Source of the DNA: an uncultured Verrucomicrobiae bacterium
GTDB taxonomy: Bacteria; Verrucomicrobiota; Verrucomicrobiia; Opitutales; JABDGR01
Reading direction: 5' to 3'
DNA: 64,000 nucleotides
Assembly (NCBI GenBank): GCA_963765205.1
Contig: CAVXVB010000009.1
Span: forward strand, 544,001 to 608,000
Under the pieces are notes generated by a model. The model searched no databases. It was given only the letters and a program-made list of their open reading frames with translations, and was not told the DNA's origin. The position numbers were made by a program, and so were the translations under genes. Every line of letters starts with the position of its first letter. Within the stretch, counting starts at the first letter, position 1. Below are positions 41,203 through 51,882 of the stretch, piece after piece.

Positions 41203-42714
41203 TTAGGCTGCCGGCGCTGGCGGCTTGTAGCCCCAGAGATGGCGGTTCTTGATGATGGCCGCGGCTTGCGCCGGCACCAGCTTCTCCCAAGCCGGGTCGC
41301 CGTCCGCGATTTTTTTAAGCACGTCGCGGGAGAAGATGCCGAGGTTTTCCGCATGAAAGCCCAGCAGGGGCTCGATGTAATGGTTTTCCAGCAGGTAGGC
41401 GTAGAGGTTGCGCAGGTGAATTTTGACCTGCAGGTTTTGCGCGGTGATCAGCCACTCGCCCGGCATGGGCAACGCTTGGGGCGCCGGCTCGGTGTGGGTG
41501 GCCCCGGCGACTTTGCCGGCCTGCTCGGCGAGGTAGCGGTTGTAGCCCGAACCCTTCATCGGGTAAACATACATCCGGGTGTTCTCCTTGAACAGGCGCC
41601 CGCATGCTTCCAGGATGCCTCCGGCCAAATTATCATAATATTGCTCGTTGAAAACTTCGAGGAGATTATTGATCCCCAGCGAGATGCCGACCATCTTTTT
41701 CGTGAAGCGCCGGAAATAATCCGTCAACCGGAAAAATTCGGAGTAATTCGAGATGAGCACATGGTAGCCCAGCGCCGCCAGCGTGTCCACCCGGGCCAGA
41801 AAATCGTCGAGGTTCAGCTCCCCGCCGGCCAAAAGGTTGTGGATGGTGATTTCGAGGAGAACGACGACCTCCTCGCCGCGGTTCTTTTCCTCCTGCAGGA
41901 ATTGCGCGCCGGCCGCCTCCAGCATGTCAATGTTCACATGGGTCACGGGTCGAAATGAGCCGCGCTCGACCAGGATCGCCTTTTTGTAGAGGATTTCCGA
42001 GGGCTGCAGCACATGCCGGTCCGGCGAATACATCACCGCGTTCGTCAGCCCATGCTGCACGAGGTGCAGGCAGATGGCACGGTTTTCAATGTGGGCGAAG
42101 TCCGGGCCGTTGAATTCAATCATGTCCACTTCGATGCGCTGGATACCGAGGCTGTCGGCCAGCGAGAGGATGAATTCCTCGATGTCGGTGTGCAGCAACG
42201 CCGCGCCGTAGACGAGGTTCACGCCGATGATGCCGAGGGCGTCCTGCTGGGCGACGGGCGTCTTGTCCCACATCCGCACATGGATGATGATGTCGTTGGG
42301 CGGCCCATGGGGGCGCAATTGCAGACGCATGCCCATCCAGCCGTGGCAGTCGCCGGTGCCGCGGAAACTGGCGGCGGCGACGGTGTTGGCGTAAACGAAG
42401 AAGGTCGTGCGGTCGCCGCGCGCCTGGCCCAGCCGCTCCGTCAAGAGTTGGTATTCGTGGTCGAGCATCTGCACTAGGCGCTCGCGGGAGACGTAGCGGT
42501 GCGCCTTGCCATAAATGTCGTCGCTGAACTTCATGTCGTAGGCCGACATGCTTTTGGCGATGGTGCCGGCCGCGCCGCCGGCCTGGAAAAAGTGCCGCGC
42601 CACCTCCTGCCCCGCGCCGATTTCGGCAAACGTGCCATAAATCTCGTCGTCGAGATTGATGGCCAGGGCTTTTTGGTTGGTCGAAAGTTTATCGCGTTGG
42701 GAAGATTCAGACAT
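41203..42714 (-). CDS. Conserved protein with nucleotidyltransferase-like C-domain
   Basis: YGTFAEIGAGQEV, AGTIAKSMSAYDM, ERGSFRPVTHVN (HIGH-like). Confidence 0.7.
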   Translation of the reverse strand: MSESSQRDKLSTNQKALAINLDDEIYGTFAEIGAGQEVARHFFQAGGAAGTIAKSMSAYDMKFSDDIYGKAHRYVSRERLVQMLDHEYQLLTERLGQARGDRTTFFVYANTVAAASFRGTGDCHGWMGMRLQLRPHGPPNDIIIHVRMWDKTPVAQQDALGIIGVNLVYGAALLHTDIEEFILSLADSLGIQRIEVDMIEFNGPDFAHIENRAICLHLVQHGLTNAVMYSPDRHVLQPSEILYKKAILVERGSFRPVTHVNIDMLEAAGAQFLQEEKNRGEEVVVLLEITIHNLLAGGELNLDDFLARVDTLAALGYHVLISNYSEFFRLTDYFRRFTKKMVGISLGINNLLEVFNEQYYDNLAGGILEACGRLFKENTRMYVYPMKGSGYNRYLAEQAGKVAGATHTEPAPQALPMPGEWLITAQNLQVKIHLRNLYAYLLENHYIEPLLGFHAENLGIFSRDVLKKIADGDPAWEKLVPAQAAAIIKNRHLWGYKPPAPAA

Positions 42715-42976
42715 GGAGGGAGGGGGGGCAGAGCCGGGCACTATACAGCAAAAACAGTGCCCCAACAGCGTAAACCGCGAGGACCGGAGGAACTCAATTA
42801 TATTCTTCGTCAAAATTCCGTTACTTTAGGCCGACGGCCGGTGTCTCCCATCATGTAACCTCCCACTCGTCCGCTGCCGGCCGCCGTGCATCTCCCGTCT
42901 CCTGACTTCTAGCTTCTTCTCTCCCCCCGATATCCCCCTTGCAGTTTGAGCCCTTCCCACTACACTACCTTCCCTC

Positions 42977-44842
42977 ATGCGATTTTTCTGGAAAACTGTT
43001 TTGGCCAATTTCGTGGCCATTCTCCTCACGTTGCTGGTGCTGGCCATGATCTGCGTCGTGGCCTTTATCATCGTTATCCGGGTGATGGCGGGCGCGGCCG
43101 CTGGCTTGCACAACCAGGCCGTCCATTCGGACTCCGTGCTCGTTTTCGACATGAACGTGGCCATCACCGATGCGCCCAACCATGCCAGCGCTGGCGACCT
43201 GCTCTCCACCAACGGTTCCTCGCGACTGGATCTTTACGATGTGGTCACGGCGATTGACCACGCCGCGGGTGACGACCACATCACCGCCCTTTATATGAGC
43301 GGCAGCCTCAACACCGACAACTCTGCCTCGGGCTACGCCACCCTGATGGAGGTGCGCCAGGCGCTCGAGCGCTTCAAGGCCAGTGGGAAAAAGATCTATG
43401 CTTATCTCGAACAGCCCGCGCTCAAGGATTACTACCTGGCCACCGTGGCCAATGAAGTTTCCCTCAACCCCTTCGGCTACCTCAGCATCAACGGCCTCGC
43501 CGCCCAGTCCTTCTTCCTGCGCGACGCTCTGCAAAAATATGGCATCGGCGTCCAGGTCACGAAAGTGGGCAAATACAAATCCTTCACCGAAATGTTCACC
43601 GAGACGCACATGAGCGACGCCGACCGCGAGCAGCTCACCCAACTGCTCAACGGCATTTGGGGCACCGTGTCCGGCGAAATCGCCGCCAACCGCAAAATTG
43701 ACCCCGCCGCGTTCCAAACACTCGCCAACGAGCCGGGCCTTTACATCGCGCAGGACGCCTTGAAGGACAAACTGGTGGACCGTTTGGCATATCAGGACGA
43801 AATGATCAAGGAAATGGAAGGCGTCGGCGCCTACGACGACGACAACGACACGTTCTACCAGGTCTCGCTCGCCGCCTATGCCAAGCGCCTTGCCGACAAT
43901 CGTGCGGCCGCCGCCAAAAGCCCCTTCGCCGACAGCGATAAAATCGCCATCGTCTATGCCGAGGGCGACATTGTGGACGGCGCCGGCTCCGACGGCGAAG
44001 TCGGCGGCGACCAGTTCGCCTACGACTTGCGCTCGATTCGCGGCGACAAGGACGTGAAGGCCGTCGTGCTGCGCGTCAACAGCCCGGGCGGCAGCGCCTA
44101 CGCCAGCGAGGTCATCCAGCGCGAGATGCGCAACCTGCTCGACAAGAAAATCCCGGTGGTCGTTTCCATGGGCACCTACGCCGCTAGCGGCGGTTACTGG
44201 ATTTCCGCCTACAGTGATTATATTTACGCCGAGCCGACCACCGTCACCGGCTCCATCGGCGTCTTCGGCCTCAAGCTCAATTTGCAGGACATCGCCACCC
44301 AGCACGGCATTGATTTCGACACCGTCAAAACCTCGCCGTATTCCGACATGGACACCCTCACGCGCCCCTGGACGCCCGACGAGCAGAAGCTCGCGCAGAC
44401 TTTGGTGGATGATTTGTATGACCAGTTCATCTCCAAGGTCTCCGAAGGGCGGAAGCTCAAGTATGACGACGTGGCGCAAATCGCCCAGGGCCGTGTCTGG
44501 AGCGGCCTCGACGCCAAGAACAACGGCCTCGTCAACGCCATCGGCGGCCTCGGCGACGCCATCAAAAAGGCCGAGCAGCTCGGCCACCTCAGCAGCGGCC
44601 ATTACACGCTCGAAGAATTTCCCGAGGCGCGCACGCCGATTGAGGCGCTCGTCCAAACCCTGTCCAACGACGATAATTCGTCGCCAGTGTCAAAAGCCGG
44701 CGTCCCGGCATCGCTGGCGCCCCAGGGCCGCGACGCGCTCTCGACTTCCCTCCGCCAAATCGAAACGCAGTTGAATCTCGTCCGCACCTTCAACGACCCC
44801 AGCGGCCTCTATGCGCGGCTGCCGTATTTCTTGCAGTTTTAG
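42977..44842 (+). CDS. sppA: Signal peptide peptidase SppA (long form)
   Basis: KVGKYKS, LRVNSPGGS, AASGGYWIS, TGSIGVFG, AQGRVWSG. Confidence 0.93.
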   Translation: MRFFWKTVLANFVAILLTLLVLAMICVVAFIIVIRVMAGAAAGLHNQAVHSDSVLVFDMNVAITDAPNHASAGDLLSTNGSSRLDLYDVVTAIDHAAGDDHITALYMSGSLNTDNSASGYATLMEVRQALERFKASGKKIYAYLEQPALKDYYLATVANEVSLNPFGYLSINGLAAQSFFLRDALQKYGIGVQVTKVGKYKSFTEMFTETHMSDADREQLTQLLNGIWGTVSGEIAANRKIDPAAFQTLANEPGLYIAQDALKDKLVDRLAYQDEMIKEMEGVGAYDDDNDTFYQVSLAAYAKRLADNRAAAAKSPFADSDKIAIVYAEGDIVDGAGSDGEVGGDQFAYDLRSIRGDKDVKAVVLRVNSPGGSAYASEVIQREMRNLLDKKIPVVVSMGTYAASGGYWISAYSDYIYAEPTTVTGSIGVFGLKLNLQDIATQHGIDFDTVKTSPYSDMDTLTRPWTPDEQKLAQTLVDDLYDQFISKVSEGRKLKYDDVAQIAQGRVWSGLDAKNNGLVNAIGGLGDAIKKAEQLGHLSSGHYTLEEFPEARTPIEALVQTLSNDDNSSPVSKAGVPASLAPQGRDALSTSLRQIETQLNLVRTFNDPSGLYARLPYFLQF

Positions 44843-44960
44843 GTTGGGGGTGGTCGGCGGAATCCGCGGGATGCTTTGGTTGCGTTAAAGGAGAAAATAC
44901 TTGTTGGCCACCGGGTTGATGCATATCACCCCATTAGGGATACCCTCAACACCCGCTCCC

Positions 44961-46127
44961 ATGCCCAAGCCCTTCTTCTCCGGCTTCCGCTCCGCTGCCT
45001 GGGTAATCTTCGTTGTGTCGGCCTATTTTTGTCTCCCGGCATTGGGCGTAACCATCTCGTCCTCCGTCGCTCCTGCCGCCGCCACTTCTGCCGCCCCTGC
45101 CCCGGTCGCGCCCGGCCCGGTCTCATCGGAGCGCTATCAGGTCAACCTGAGCCCGCCATTTAAGGTTGGGCAAAAATTCAGCCTCGCGGCCAATGTGACC
45201 AGTAAAATGCAGATGCACATGGCCATCACCTTGTTGGGCGTCCCCACTCTGGGCCCCAGCAAAAGCGAGGCGAGTTCCGTCCAACTTGAGGCGGAAGGCG
45301 AAGTCCTCGCGATTTTTCCCAATGGCAGCCCCCAAAAAATCTCATTGACGCTGAAAAGCCTGGCCGCCACCAAAGATGCCAAACCCGTTCCCCACCTCCC
45401 CACGGCCGGCGCGGTCATCGTGGCCGAGGCGCTTCCGCCAGAGGAAAAGTCCACCCGGGCGGTTGCACCCGCCACCAATCCCCCGGCCGAAAACCCGCCC
45501 GCCAGCAAAAAACCAGCGGAAACTCCCGCCTCCAAGAACAACGGGGGCAAGGACCCGCCCAGCCCTGGTCTGTTCAGTGGTCTCCAAGCGGGTTCGCCCC
45601 GCGTCGCCCTCACGATTGATGGCACGCCCGCCAGCGACGATCTGACGTCTTTGCTGAAAAACTGTCTTGGTCTGGGCGATGGAAGCCACACCCGCCAGGA
45701 CACGTTTGGCCCGGCCGCCCCGGTGGGGGTGAACGCAACCTGGTCGGCGAACACCACCCTGGTGGTTTCCGACCTGAAAAAATCCCTGGGCGGCTCCCCG
45801 AGCGCCAAAAGCACGGTAAAATTGGACAGTATTAATGGTGCCGGCGCCGGCCAGGTGGCCACGGTCTCCGGCAATTATTCCATAGACATGGGAAAAATCG
45901 ACCCGAAGTTGATCCCCGACCTGCCCCCGGACGTGCCACTTGATTTGACTGTTTCTGTCTTGGATGAATTGTCCCTCTCCGTTCCCGCGACCACCAGTTC
46001 TGGCACGGCTCAAACCAACTCGACCATGACCATGACGCTCGAAGCCCGCCTCACCAAATTCGGTTTTGGCATCAAGGCCACCGGCGCCGGCGAAGAGCAA
46101 AGCACCGCCACCTTCACCTTTCATTGA
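44961..46127 (+). CDS. Exported hypothetical protein
   Basis: N-terminal hydrophobic signal, beta-rich Ser/Thr-rich body. Confidence 0.65.
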   Translation: MPKPFFSGFRSAAWVIFVVSAYFCLPALGVTISSSVAPAAATSAAPAPVAPGPVSSERYQVNLSPPFKVGQKFSLAANVTSKMQMHMAITLLGVPTLGPSKSEASSVQLEAEGEVLAIFPNGSPQKISLTLKSLAATKDAKPVPHLPTAGAVIVAEALPPEEKSTRAVAPATNPPAENPPASKKPAETPASKNNGGKDPPSPGLFSGLQAGSPRVALTIDGTPASDDLTSLLKNCLGLGDGSHTRQDTFGPAAPVGVNATWSANTTLVVSDLKKSLGGSPSAKSTVKLDSINGAGAGQVATVSGNYSIDMGKIDPKLIPDLPPDVPLDLTVSVLDELSLSVPATTSSGTAQTNSTMTMTLEARLTKFGFGIKATGAGEEQSTATFTFH

Positions 46128-46299
46128 TGGGCTAACGCGCTGTTGCGCCAGCGGAACGGTGGCTTGTGCCGCTTGAGGCAGAAATTTTTGCAGTGCGAAA
46201 TAAGCACCTCCGCCGCGTTACATTTCCGTTTCCGTCGCGTTTCAGGCTTCCCAAAACGCGAATACCGCCTAAAGTGAGCGCGCTTATCTGCATTTTTCC

Positions 46300-47517
46300 A
46301 TGAGCAAAAAAAGCGTCAAAACCACGGACAACCGCGGCAAGGTCGTCATCATCGGCGCGGGCGGCGTCGGGGGGGTGGTCGCGCACAAATGCGCGCAGGC
46401 TGCCGAGCATTTCCCGGACATGGTCCTCGCCTCGCGCACGCTCGCCAAGTGCCAGGCCATCGCCGCGCAACTGCCGCGCCCCATCCGCACCGCCGCGCTG
46501 GACGCCGACGACGTGCCGGCGCTCACCCAATTCCTGAAAAAGGAAAAGCCCTTCCTCGTCATCAATGTCGCGCTGCCCTACCAGGATTTACCGATTATGG
46601 ACGCCTGCCTGGCCGCGGGCGTGCATTACCTCGACACCGCCAATTACGAGCCGCCCGACGTCGCCAAATTCGAATACAAATGGCAATGGGCCTACCAGCA
46701 GAAATTCCTCAAGGCCGGGCTGATGGCGCTGCTCGGCTCCGGCTTCGACCCGGGCGTCACGAATGTTTTTTGCGCCTACGCGCAAAAAAAACTTTTCGAC
46801 CACATCGAGCAGATTGACATCCTCGACGCGAACGCCGGCGACCACGGCCTGCCCTTTGCCACCAACTTCAATCCCGAAATCAACCTGCGCGAAGTCTCCG
46901 CGCGCGGGCGTTATTTCGAGCACGGCGAATGGGTCGAGACCGAGCCGCTCTCCTGGGGGCGCACGTTCGACTTTCCTGTCCTCGGCCCGAAGAAGCTCTA
47001 CCTGCTTTACCACGAGGAATTGGAATCGCTCGCCAAAAACATCTCCGGCGTCAAGCGCCTGCGCTTTTGGATGACCTTTTCGGACAACTACCTCAACCAC
47101 ATGCGCGCGCTGCAAAATGTCGGAATGCTCGGCATCGCGCCCGTCGAGCACCAGGGCAAACAGATCATCCCGATTCAATTCCTGAAAACGTTGCTGCCCG
47201 ACCCGGCTTCGCTCGGCCCGCGCACAAAAGGCAAGACGAACATCGGTTGCCTGGTCGAGGGCGTGAAGAATGGGAAAAAACGCCGTGTGTATATCTATAA
47301 CGTCTGCGACCACCAGGAATGTTACCGCGAGGTGCAATCGCAGGCCATCAGTTACACGACCGGCGTGCCCGCGGTGGTCGGCGCAATCATGATGACCTCC
47401 AGCGCGTGGCTCAAACCCGGCGTGTGGAACATGGAGCAACTCGACCCCGAGCCATTCCTCGCCGAACTCGCCCGCCGCGGCCTGCCGTGGAATGTGCTGG
47501 AATTGCCGGCGGAATAA
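46300..47517 (+). CDS. Carboxynorspermidine dehydrogenase (saccharopine dehydrogenase family)
   Basis: IGAGGVG, NVALPYQDL, YLDTANYE, GFDPGVTN, ATNFNPEIN; nspC nearby. Confidence 0.9.
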   Translation: MSKKSVKTTDNRGKVVIIGAGGVGGVVAHKCAQAAEHFPDMVLASRTLAKCQAIAAQLPRPIRTAALDADDVPALTQFLKKEKPFLVINVALPYQDLPIMDACLAAGVHYLDTANYEPPDVAKFEYKWQWAYQQKFLKAGLMALLGSGFDPGVTNVFCAYAQKKLFDHIEQIDILDANAGDHGLPFATNFNPEINLREVSARGRYFEHGEWVETEPLSWGRTFDFPVLGPKKLYLLYHEELESLAKNISGVKRLRFWMTFSDNYLNHMRALQNVGMLGIAPVEHQGKQIIPIQFLKTLLPDPASLGPRTKGKTNIGCLVEGVKNGKKRRVYIYNVCDHQECYREVQSQAISYTTGVPAVVGAIMMTSSAWLKPGVWNMEQLDPEPFLAELARRGLPWNVLELPAE

Positions 47518-47527
47518 TAGATGGTTT

Positions 47528-47600
47528 AACCACAAAAAACGCAAAAGACACAAAACGGGAACAGATTGGATTCCTTTGCGTCTCTTATGTTTTTTGTGGT
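47528..47600. repeat. 9-bp-unit palindromic element
   Basis: aaccacaaaaaacgcaaaagacacaaaa ... ctttgcgtctcttatgttttttgtggt. Confidence 0.7.
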
Positions 47601-47646
47601 GAATCTTATTCTTGCCAAAATCACCGCGTTGAACGAGAATTTGCCC

Positions 47647-48207
47647 ATGGCCACCGCAGTCAAAGCCTGGACGGAAGAGGAATTGCTGGCGCTCGAACAC
47701 CCCGGCGCCAAATGCGAACTCATTGACGGAGAACTCATCATGAGCCCGACTGGTTACAACCACGAATATATTGGGGCGCGATTGCTCACCAAAATGGCGA
47801 TCCACGCGGAACGCCACAAGCTCGGTTCGGTCTGTGGCTCCAGCTTCGGTTGCCTGATGGAATCGGGCAATGTGCTTTCCCCCGACGTTTCCTTTATCCG
47901 CCGCGACCGCCTGCCCCGTACCGCCGAAGAGAGCAAAAGATTTTTCCGTGGTGCTCCGGACATCGTGGTCGAGGTTTTGTCGCCGTGGGATCGCACCAGC
48001 CGCCTGCACGAAAAGATGGAGGAGTATTTCCACAGCGGCGCGCGCCTGCTCTGGGTCGTCAACCCCGAGGAGAAAACAGTGGAGGTCTGCCGCGCCCAGA
48101 CCGCATCCCGCCTGCTCACTGAACGCGACACCCTCGACGGCGAGGACGTGCCCCCCTGTTTTCGCTTGCCGTTGGCGGAGTTGTTTGGTGACATCACTGG
48201 CACATGA
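47647..48207 (+). CDS. Uma2-family endonuclease
   Basis: ELIDGELIMSP...H, SPDVSF, APDIVVEVLSP, KMEEYF..G..LLWVVNP. Confidence 0.9.
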   Translation: MATAVKAWTEEELLALEHPGAKCELIDGELIMSPTGYNHEYIGARLLTKMAIHAERHKLGSVCGSSFGCLMESGNVLSPDVSFIRRDRLPRTAEESKRFFRGAPDIVVEVLSPWDRTSRLHEKMEEYFHSGARLLWVVNPEEKTVEVCRAQTASRLLTERDTLDGEDVPPCFRLPLAELFGDITGT

Positions 48208-48306
48208 TCTTGGGGTGTCGCATTAGTTGTATCCGCTGAGCGTTATTGGTAGATGCAATTTATGGTTTCACTCTCTTTTCCAAATTGAACTATCTCCATT
48301 TAGGTT

Positions 48307-49311
48307 ATGCCTATCAACGACAGCATCGAGAATAGGACTTTTGAGGACCTGTTCAGCGGATTGGTCAACTTTGAGGTGCCATTTTTTCAAAGGAATTATT
48401 CCTGGGGCAGAGAGCAGTGGAAAACCTTGTTAGAAGATATTTGGGAGCAAATTATTGCAGATGTAATCGAGCAAATTAAATTTGAGAATCCTAATGACCT
48501 CATCACGCGTGAGCAGCTAAGCAAGCATTTAATCGAGCATGAGCATTATTTTGGAGCGATCGTCGTTCTTGAAAAAATGAATACGCACCCTGCATTAAAA
48601 TCATTTTTGATAATTGATGGTCAGCAACGAATTACAACGGCTTACCTACTATTGGCAATCGTCTCAGACCTCCTAAAAGAACAGGAGAATTTGTCGGCAA
48701 ATGCTCAATCTGTCCTACAGAAGTTGGATTCGTGTCTTCGAAACAATGTCGACCCTAAAGGCGATGATTATCGTCGTCTTAAGATAATCAGCAACAAAGG
48801 TGACCGTTTACCAACATACTTAAAGCTTAATAAGCAGAACCCGGAGTCTCCTTCGTTAGTTGTTGATAATCAACTATACACTCCGGGAAAAAACCAAATT
48901 GATGCGTTATGGGATTACGCTTATAAAAAATTGAAATCTTACAACGTCCCCCAACTTTGTGTCTTTGCAGAAGCAATCCTAAACGGCCTAAAAATTGTTT
49001 GGATACCACTGGACGAACACAAAGACAATCCACAGGCTATCTTTGAGGGCTTAAACGATAAAGGCATGCCCCTATCAGCAGTGGAATTACTATGCAGCTA
49101 CAAAAATACTTTAGGAAACCTTTGTCTTATTGGTGAACGCGCAAATAGTTCTCTTGGGAACGACCCGTTTGAGAGAAAAAGAGGGAGTTATACGGATGTC
49201 AGCGCACTATGCCGCGATATTAAATCGAGGCACGGTACCTGGAATATTTCGGCAATTAAACAGCGCTCAGGTGATTTATCAAAGAAGGCTCTCGAAATTT
49301 GGTCATGGTGA
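48307..49311 (+). pseudogene. DUF262/DUF1524 (GmrSD-like) gene with in-frame internal deletion
   Basis: VPFFQRNYSW, IIDGQQRITT, IFEGLNDKG, then directly NTLGNLCL...NSSLGN..F tail; low GC. Confidence 0.75.
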
Positions 49312-49331
49312 GGTCTTGATGCTGCTTCATT

Positions 49332-50523
49332 ATGTCCCAAAACCCCACGCCGCCGTTTCCGCCGGAGCGCCTGCGCCAGTTGGCCGCGCTGGATTATGCG
49401 CGCCTGCCTTCGCCTTGCTATGTCGTCCACCTCGGGCGGCTCGAGGAAAATTGCTGCCTGCTCGCCGACGTGGCCAAACGTGCGGGCTGCAAAATCCTGC
49501 TCGCGCAAAAAGGGTTTGCGATGCCCGCGGCGTATCCGCTCATCGCAAAATATCTGCCTGGCACGACCTCGAGCGGCCTGCACGAGGCGCTGCTGGCGCA
49601 CGAGTTTTTCCACGGCGAAGTCCATGTTTACAGCGTCGCCTACAAGGACGCCGAGCTGGAGCACCTGCTTGGGTTCGCGCACACGCTGATTTTCAATTCG
49701 CCCGCGCAATGGCGGCGCTTCCGGGAAAAAGTCCACGCGGCCCCGCGGCGCATCGAGGCCGGCCTGCGCGTGAACCCGGAGTATTCCGAGGTCGAAACCG
49801 ATTTATACAATCCCTGCGCGCCCTGCTCGCGCCTCGGCACGCCGCGTTCCGAACTTGAGCCGGGCGACCTCGCCGGTCTCGACGGCCTGCATTTTCACAC
49901 CCTCTGCGAGCAGGACAGCGACGCGCTCGAACACACCGTCGCCGCCTTCGAGGAAAAATTCAGCGAGTATTTTCCAAAACTCAAATGGGTCAACTTCGGC
50001 GGCGGCCACCATATCACGCGCCCCGGTTACGACCTCGACCGCCTCGTGCGCGTCGTGCAAAATTTTCGCGCGAAATATAAATTGGAAGTCTATCTCGAAC
50101 CCGGCGAGGCCGTCGCGCTGCACACCGGCGTGCTCGTCGGCACCGTGCTCGACCTGCCACGCAACACCATGCCCTTGGCGATTCTCGACGTTTCCGCCAC
50201 CGCGCACATGCCCGACGTTTTGGAAATGCCCTACCGTCCGGCCCGTCCTCAACGCCGGCGCGGCGGGCGAATTCGCGCACACCTACCGCCTCGGCGGGCC
50301 AACCTGCCTCGCGGGCGATGTTATCGGCGACTATTCCTTTCCCGCGCCACTAAAAATCGGCGACCGGGTGGTCTTTCTCGACATGGCGCACTACACCATG
50401 GTCAAGACCTCGACCTTCAACGGCGTCCCGCTGCCCAGCATTGCCGTCTTCGATCCGACCGCTGGCGATTTCCGCATCATTGCGCGCTTCGGCTATGAGG
50501 ACTACCGACGGCGGCTGGGGTGA
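49332..50523 (+). CDS. nspC: Carboxynorspermidine decarboxylase, frameshift near 50240
   Basis: LLAQKGF, LRVNPE, YNPCAPCSRLG, HFHTLCEQ, HMPDVLEMPYRP / GPTCLAGD, HYTMVK. Confidence 0.9.
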
Positions 50524-50648
50524 ATTAGGGCCGGGTCTAGGGTAAATTCAGCGGGCCTTGCGCCGATAGGCCAGGGAGTATTTCCACTCTTGCACGCGCC
50601 CCATAAACCCCTTATTGCTTAAACGCCGTGTCGCCATTGGTTTCTAAT

Positions 50649-51785
50649 ATGGTTGAACCGCTCGCCGTCGAGGCGCCCGCCTTGCGTCTCGAGGAACATC
50701 CATTTTTCAAAGGCCTGACCCGCGAAAATGTCAACGCGCTGGCGGCGGCGGCCAACATCCTGCGCAACCAGCCGGGCGAGGTGATTTTTGAAGAAGGCGG
50801 CGAATCCGATGCGCTATTTCTCGTGCTCGAGGGGCGCGTGGCCTTCGAGAAATCCATTCCGGGTAACAAGTGGCGCGTCATCAGCTACGCGGAGACGGGC
50901 CACTTTTTTGGCGAGATCGGCGTGCTAACCGGCGCCCCGCGCGCCTTGCGGGCCGTGGCCGCCGGCCCGGCCACGATCGCCTGCCTGCCCAGCGGAGACT
51001 TGCGCGAGTTCATCCGCCGCGCTCCCGGCCCGATTGACCAGATTCTTCAGTCCATTGTCAACCATCTCCACCACACCACCCGGCATTATGTGGACGATAT
51101 GCTTCACCAGGAGAAAATGTCCTTGGTCGGCAACATGGTCAGTTCCATTATTCACGATTTCAAAAATCCCTTCACCCTCATCAGCCTCGGCGCGCAGTTG
51201 ATCGCCACCCAGCACCACGACCCCAAGACCCAGAAGCTTTGCGCCAACATGAACAAGCAGATTCAGCGCATGGTGGACATGGCTAATGAAGTAAGCGAAT
51301 TTGCCAAGGGCGTGCAGACTTTCAAGCCCGCCCGGGTGGACCTGCGCGAACTCGTCGCCCGCTTCCGCGAACTCAACGAGCCGTATTTCCAGAAGGAACG
51401 TGTCACCATCGAGACGGACATCGAGGCGGTCTTTATTGAGGCCGAGGAGAACAAGCTTCTGCGCGTGCTGCAAAACCTCGTCGGCAACGCCATTGACGGA
51501 TGCGACGAACGCCCGGATGGAAAAGTTCGCATCGAGGTGCGCGACCGCAAGGAGAGCGTCGAAATCATCGTGGCGGACAACGGCAAGGGCATCCCCGAAC
51601 AAATCCGCAACAACCTCTTCGACCCCTTTGTCACTTATGGCAAAACGGGCGGCACCGGCCTCGGCACCGCGATTGTTAAATCCATCGTCGAGGCCCACAA
51701 AGGCCGCATCCGCTTCGAGACTTGCACGGGCCAGGGCACGACCTTTTTCATCCTGTTGCCCAAGTCGCAGGGGCCGCGGTCCTAG
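50649..51785 (+). CDS. Cyclic-nucleotide-binding domain histidine kinase
   Basis: FFGEIGVL...PR; IIHDFKNP; NLVGNA; DNGKGIP; GTGLG. Confidence 0.9.
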   Translation: MVEPLAVEAPALRLEEHPFFKGLTRENVNALAAAANILRNQPGEVIFEEGGESDALFLVLEGRVAFEKSIPGNKWRVISYAETGHFFGEIGVLTGAPRALRAVAAGPATIACLPSGDLREFIRRAPGPIDQILQSIVNHLHHTTRHYVDDMLHQEKMSLVGNMVSSIIHDFKNPFTLISLGAQLIATQHHDPKTQKLCANMNKQIQRMVDMANEVSEFAKGVQTFKPARVDLRELVARFRELNEPYFQKERVTIETDIEAVFIEAEENKLLRVLQNLVGNAIDGCDERPDGKVRIEVRDRKESVEIIVADNGKGIPEQIRNNLFDPFVTYGKTGGTGLGTAIVKSIVEAHKGRIRFETCTGQGTTFFILLPKSQGPRS

Positions 51786-51850
51786 GGTGGGGGAGCGAAT
51801 TTCTGGAAAATTATTCCTTGTCTCACCCGCCGCCGATACTCTACTATCCA

Positions 51851-51879
51851 GCTAAACATTAATCAAGTAATTGTTTAGC
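51851..51879. promoter_or_regulatory. Imperfect palindrome before Rrf2 gene
   Basis: gctaaaca-N13-tgtttagc. Confidence 0.45.
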
Positions 51880-51882
51880 CCG

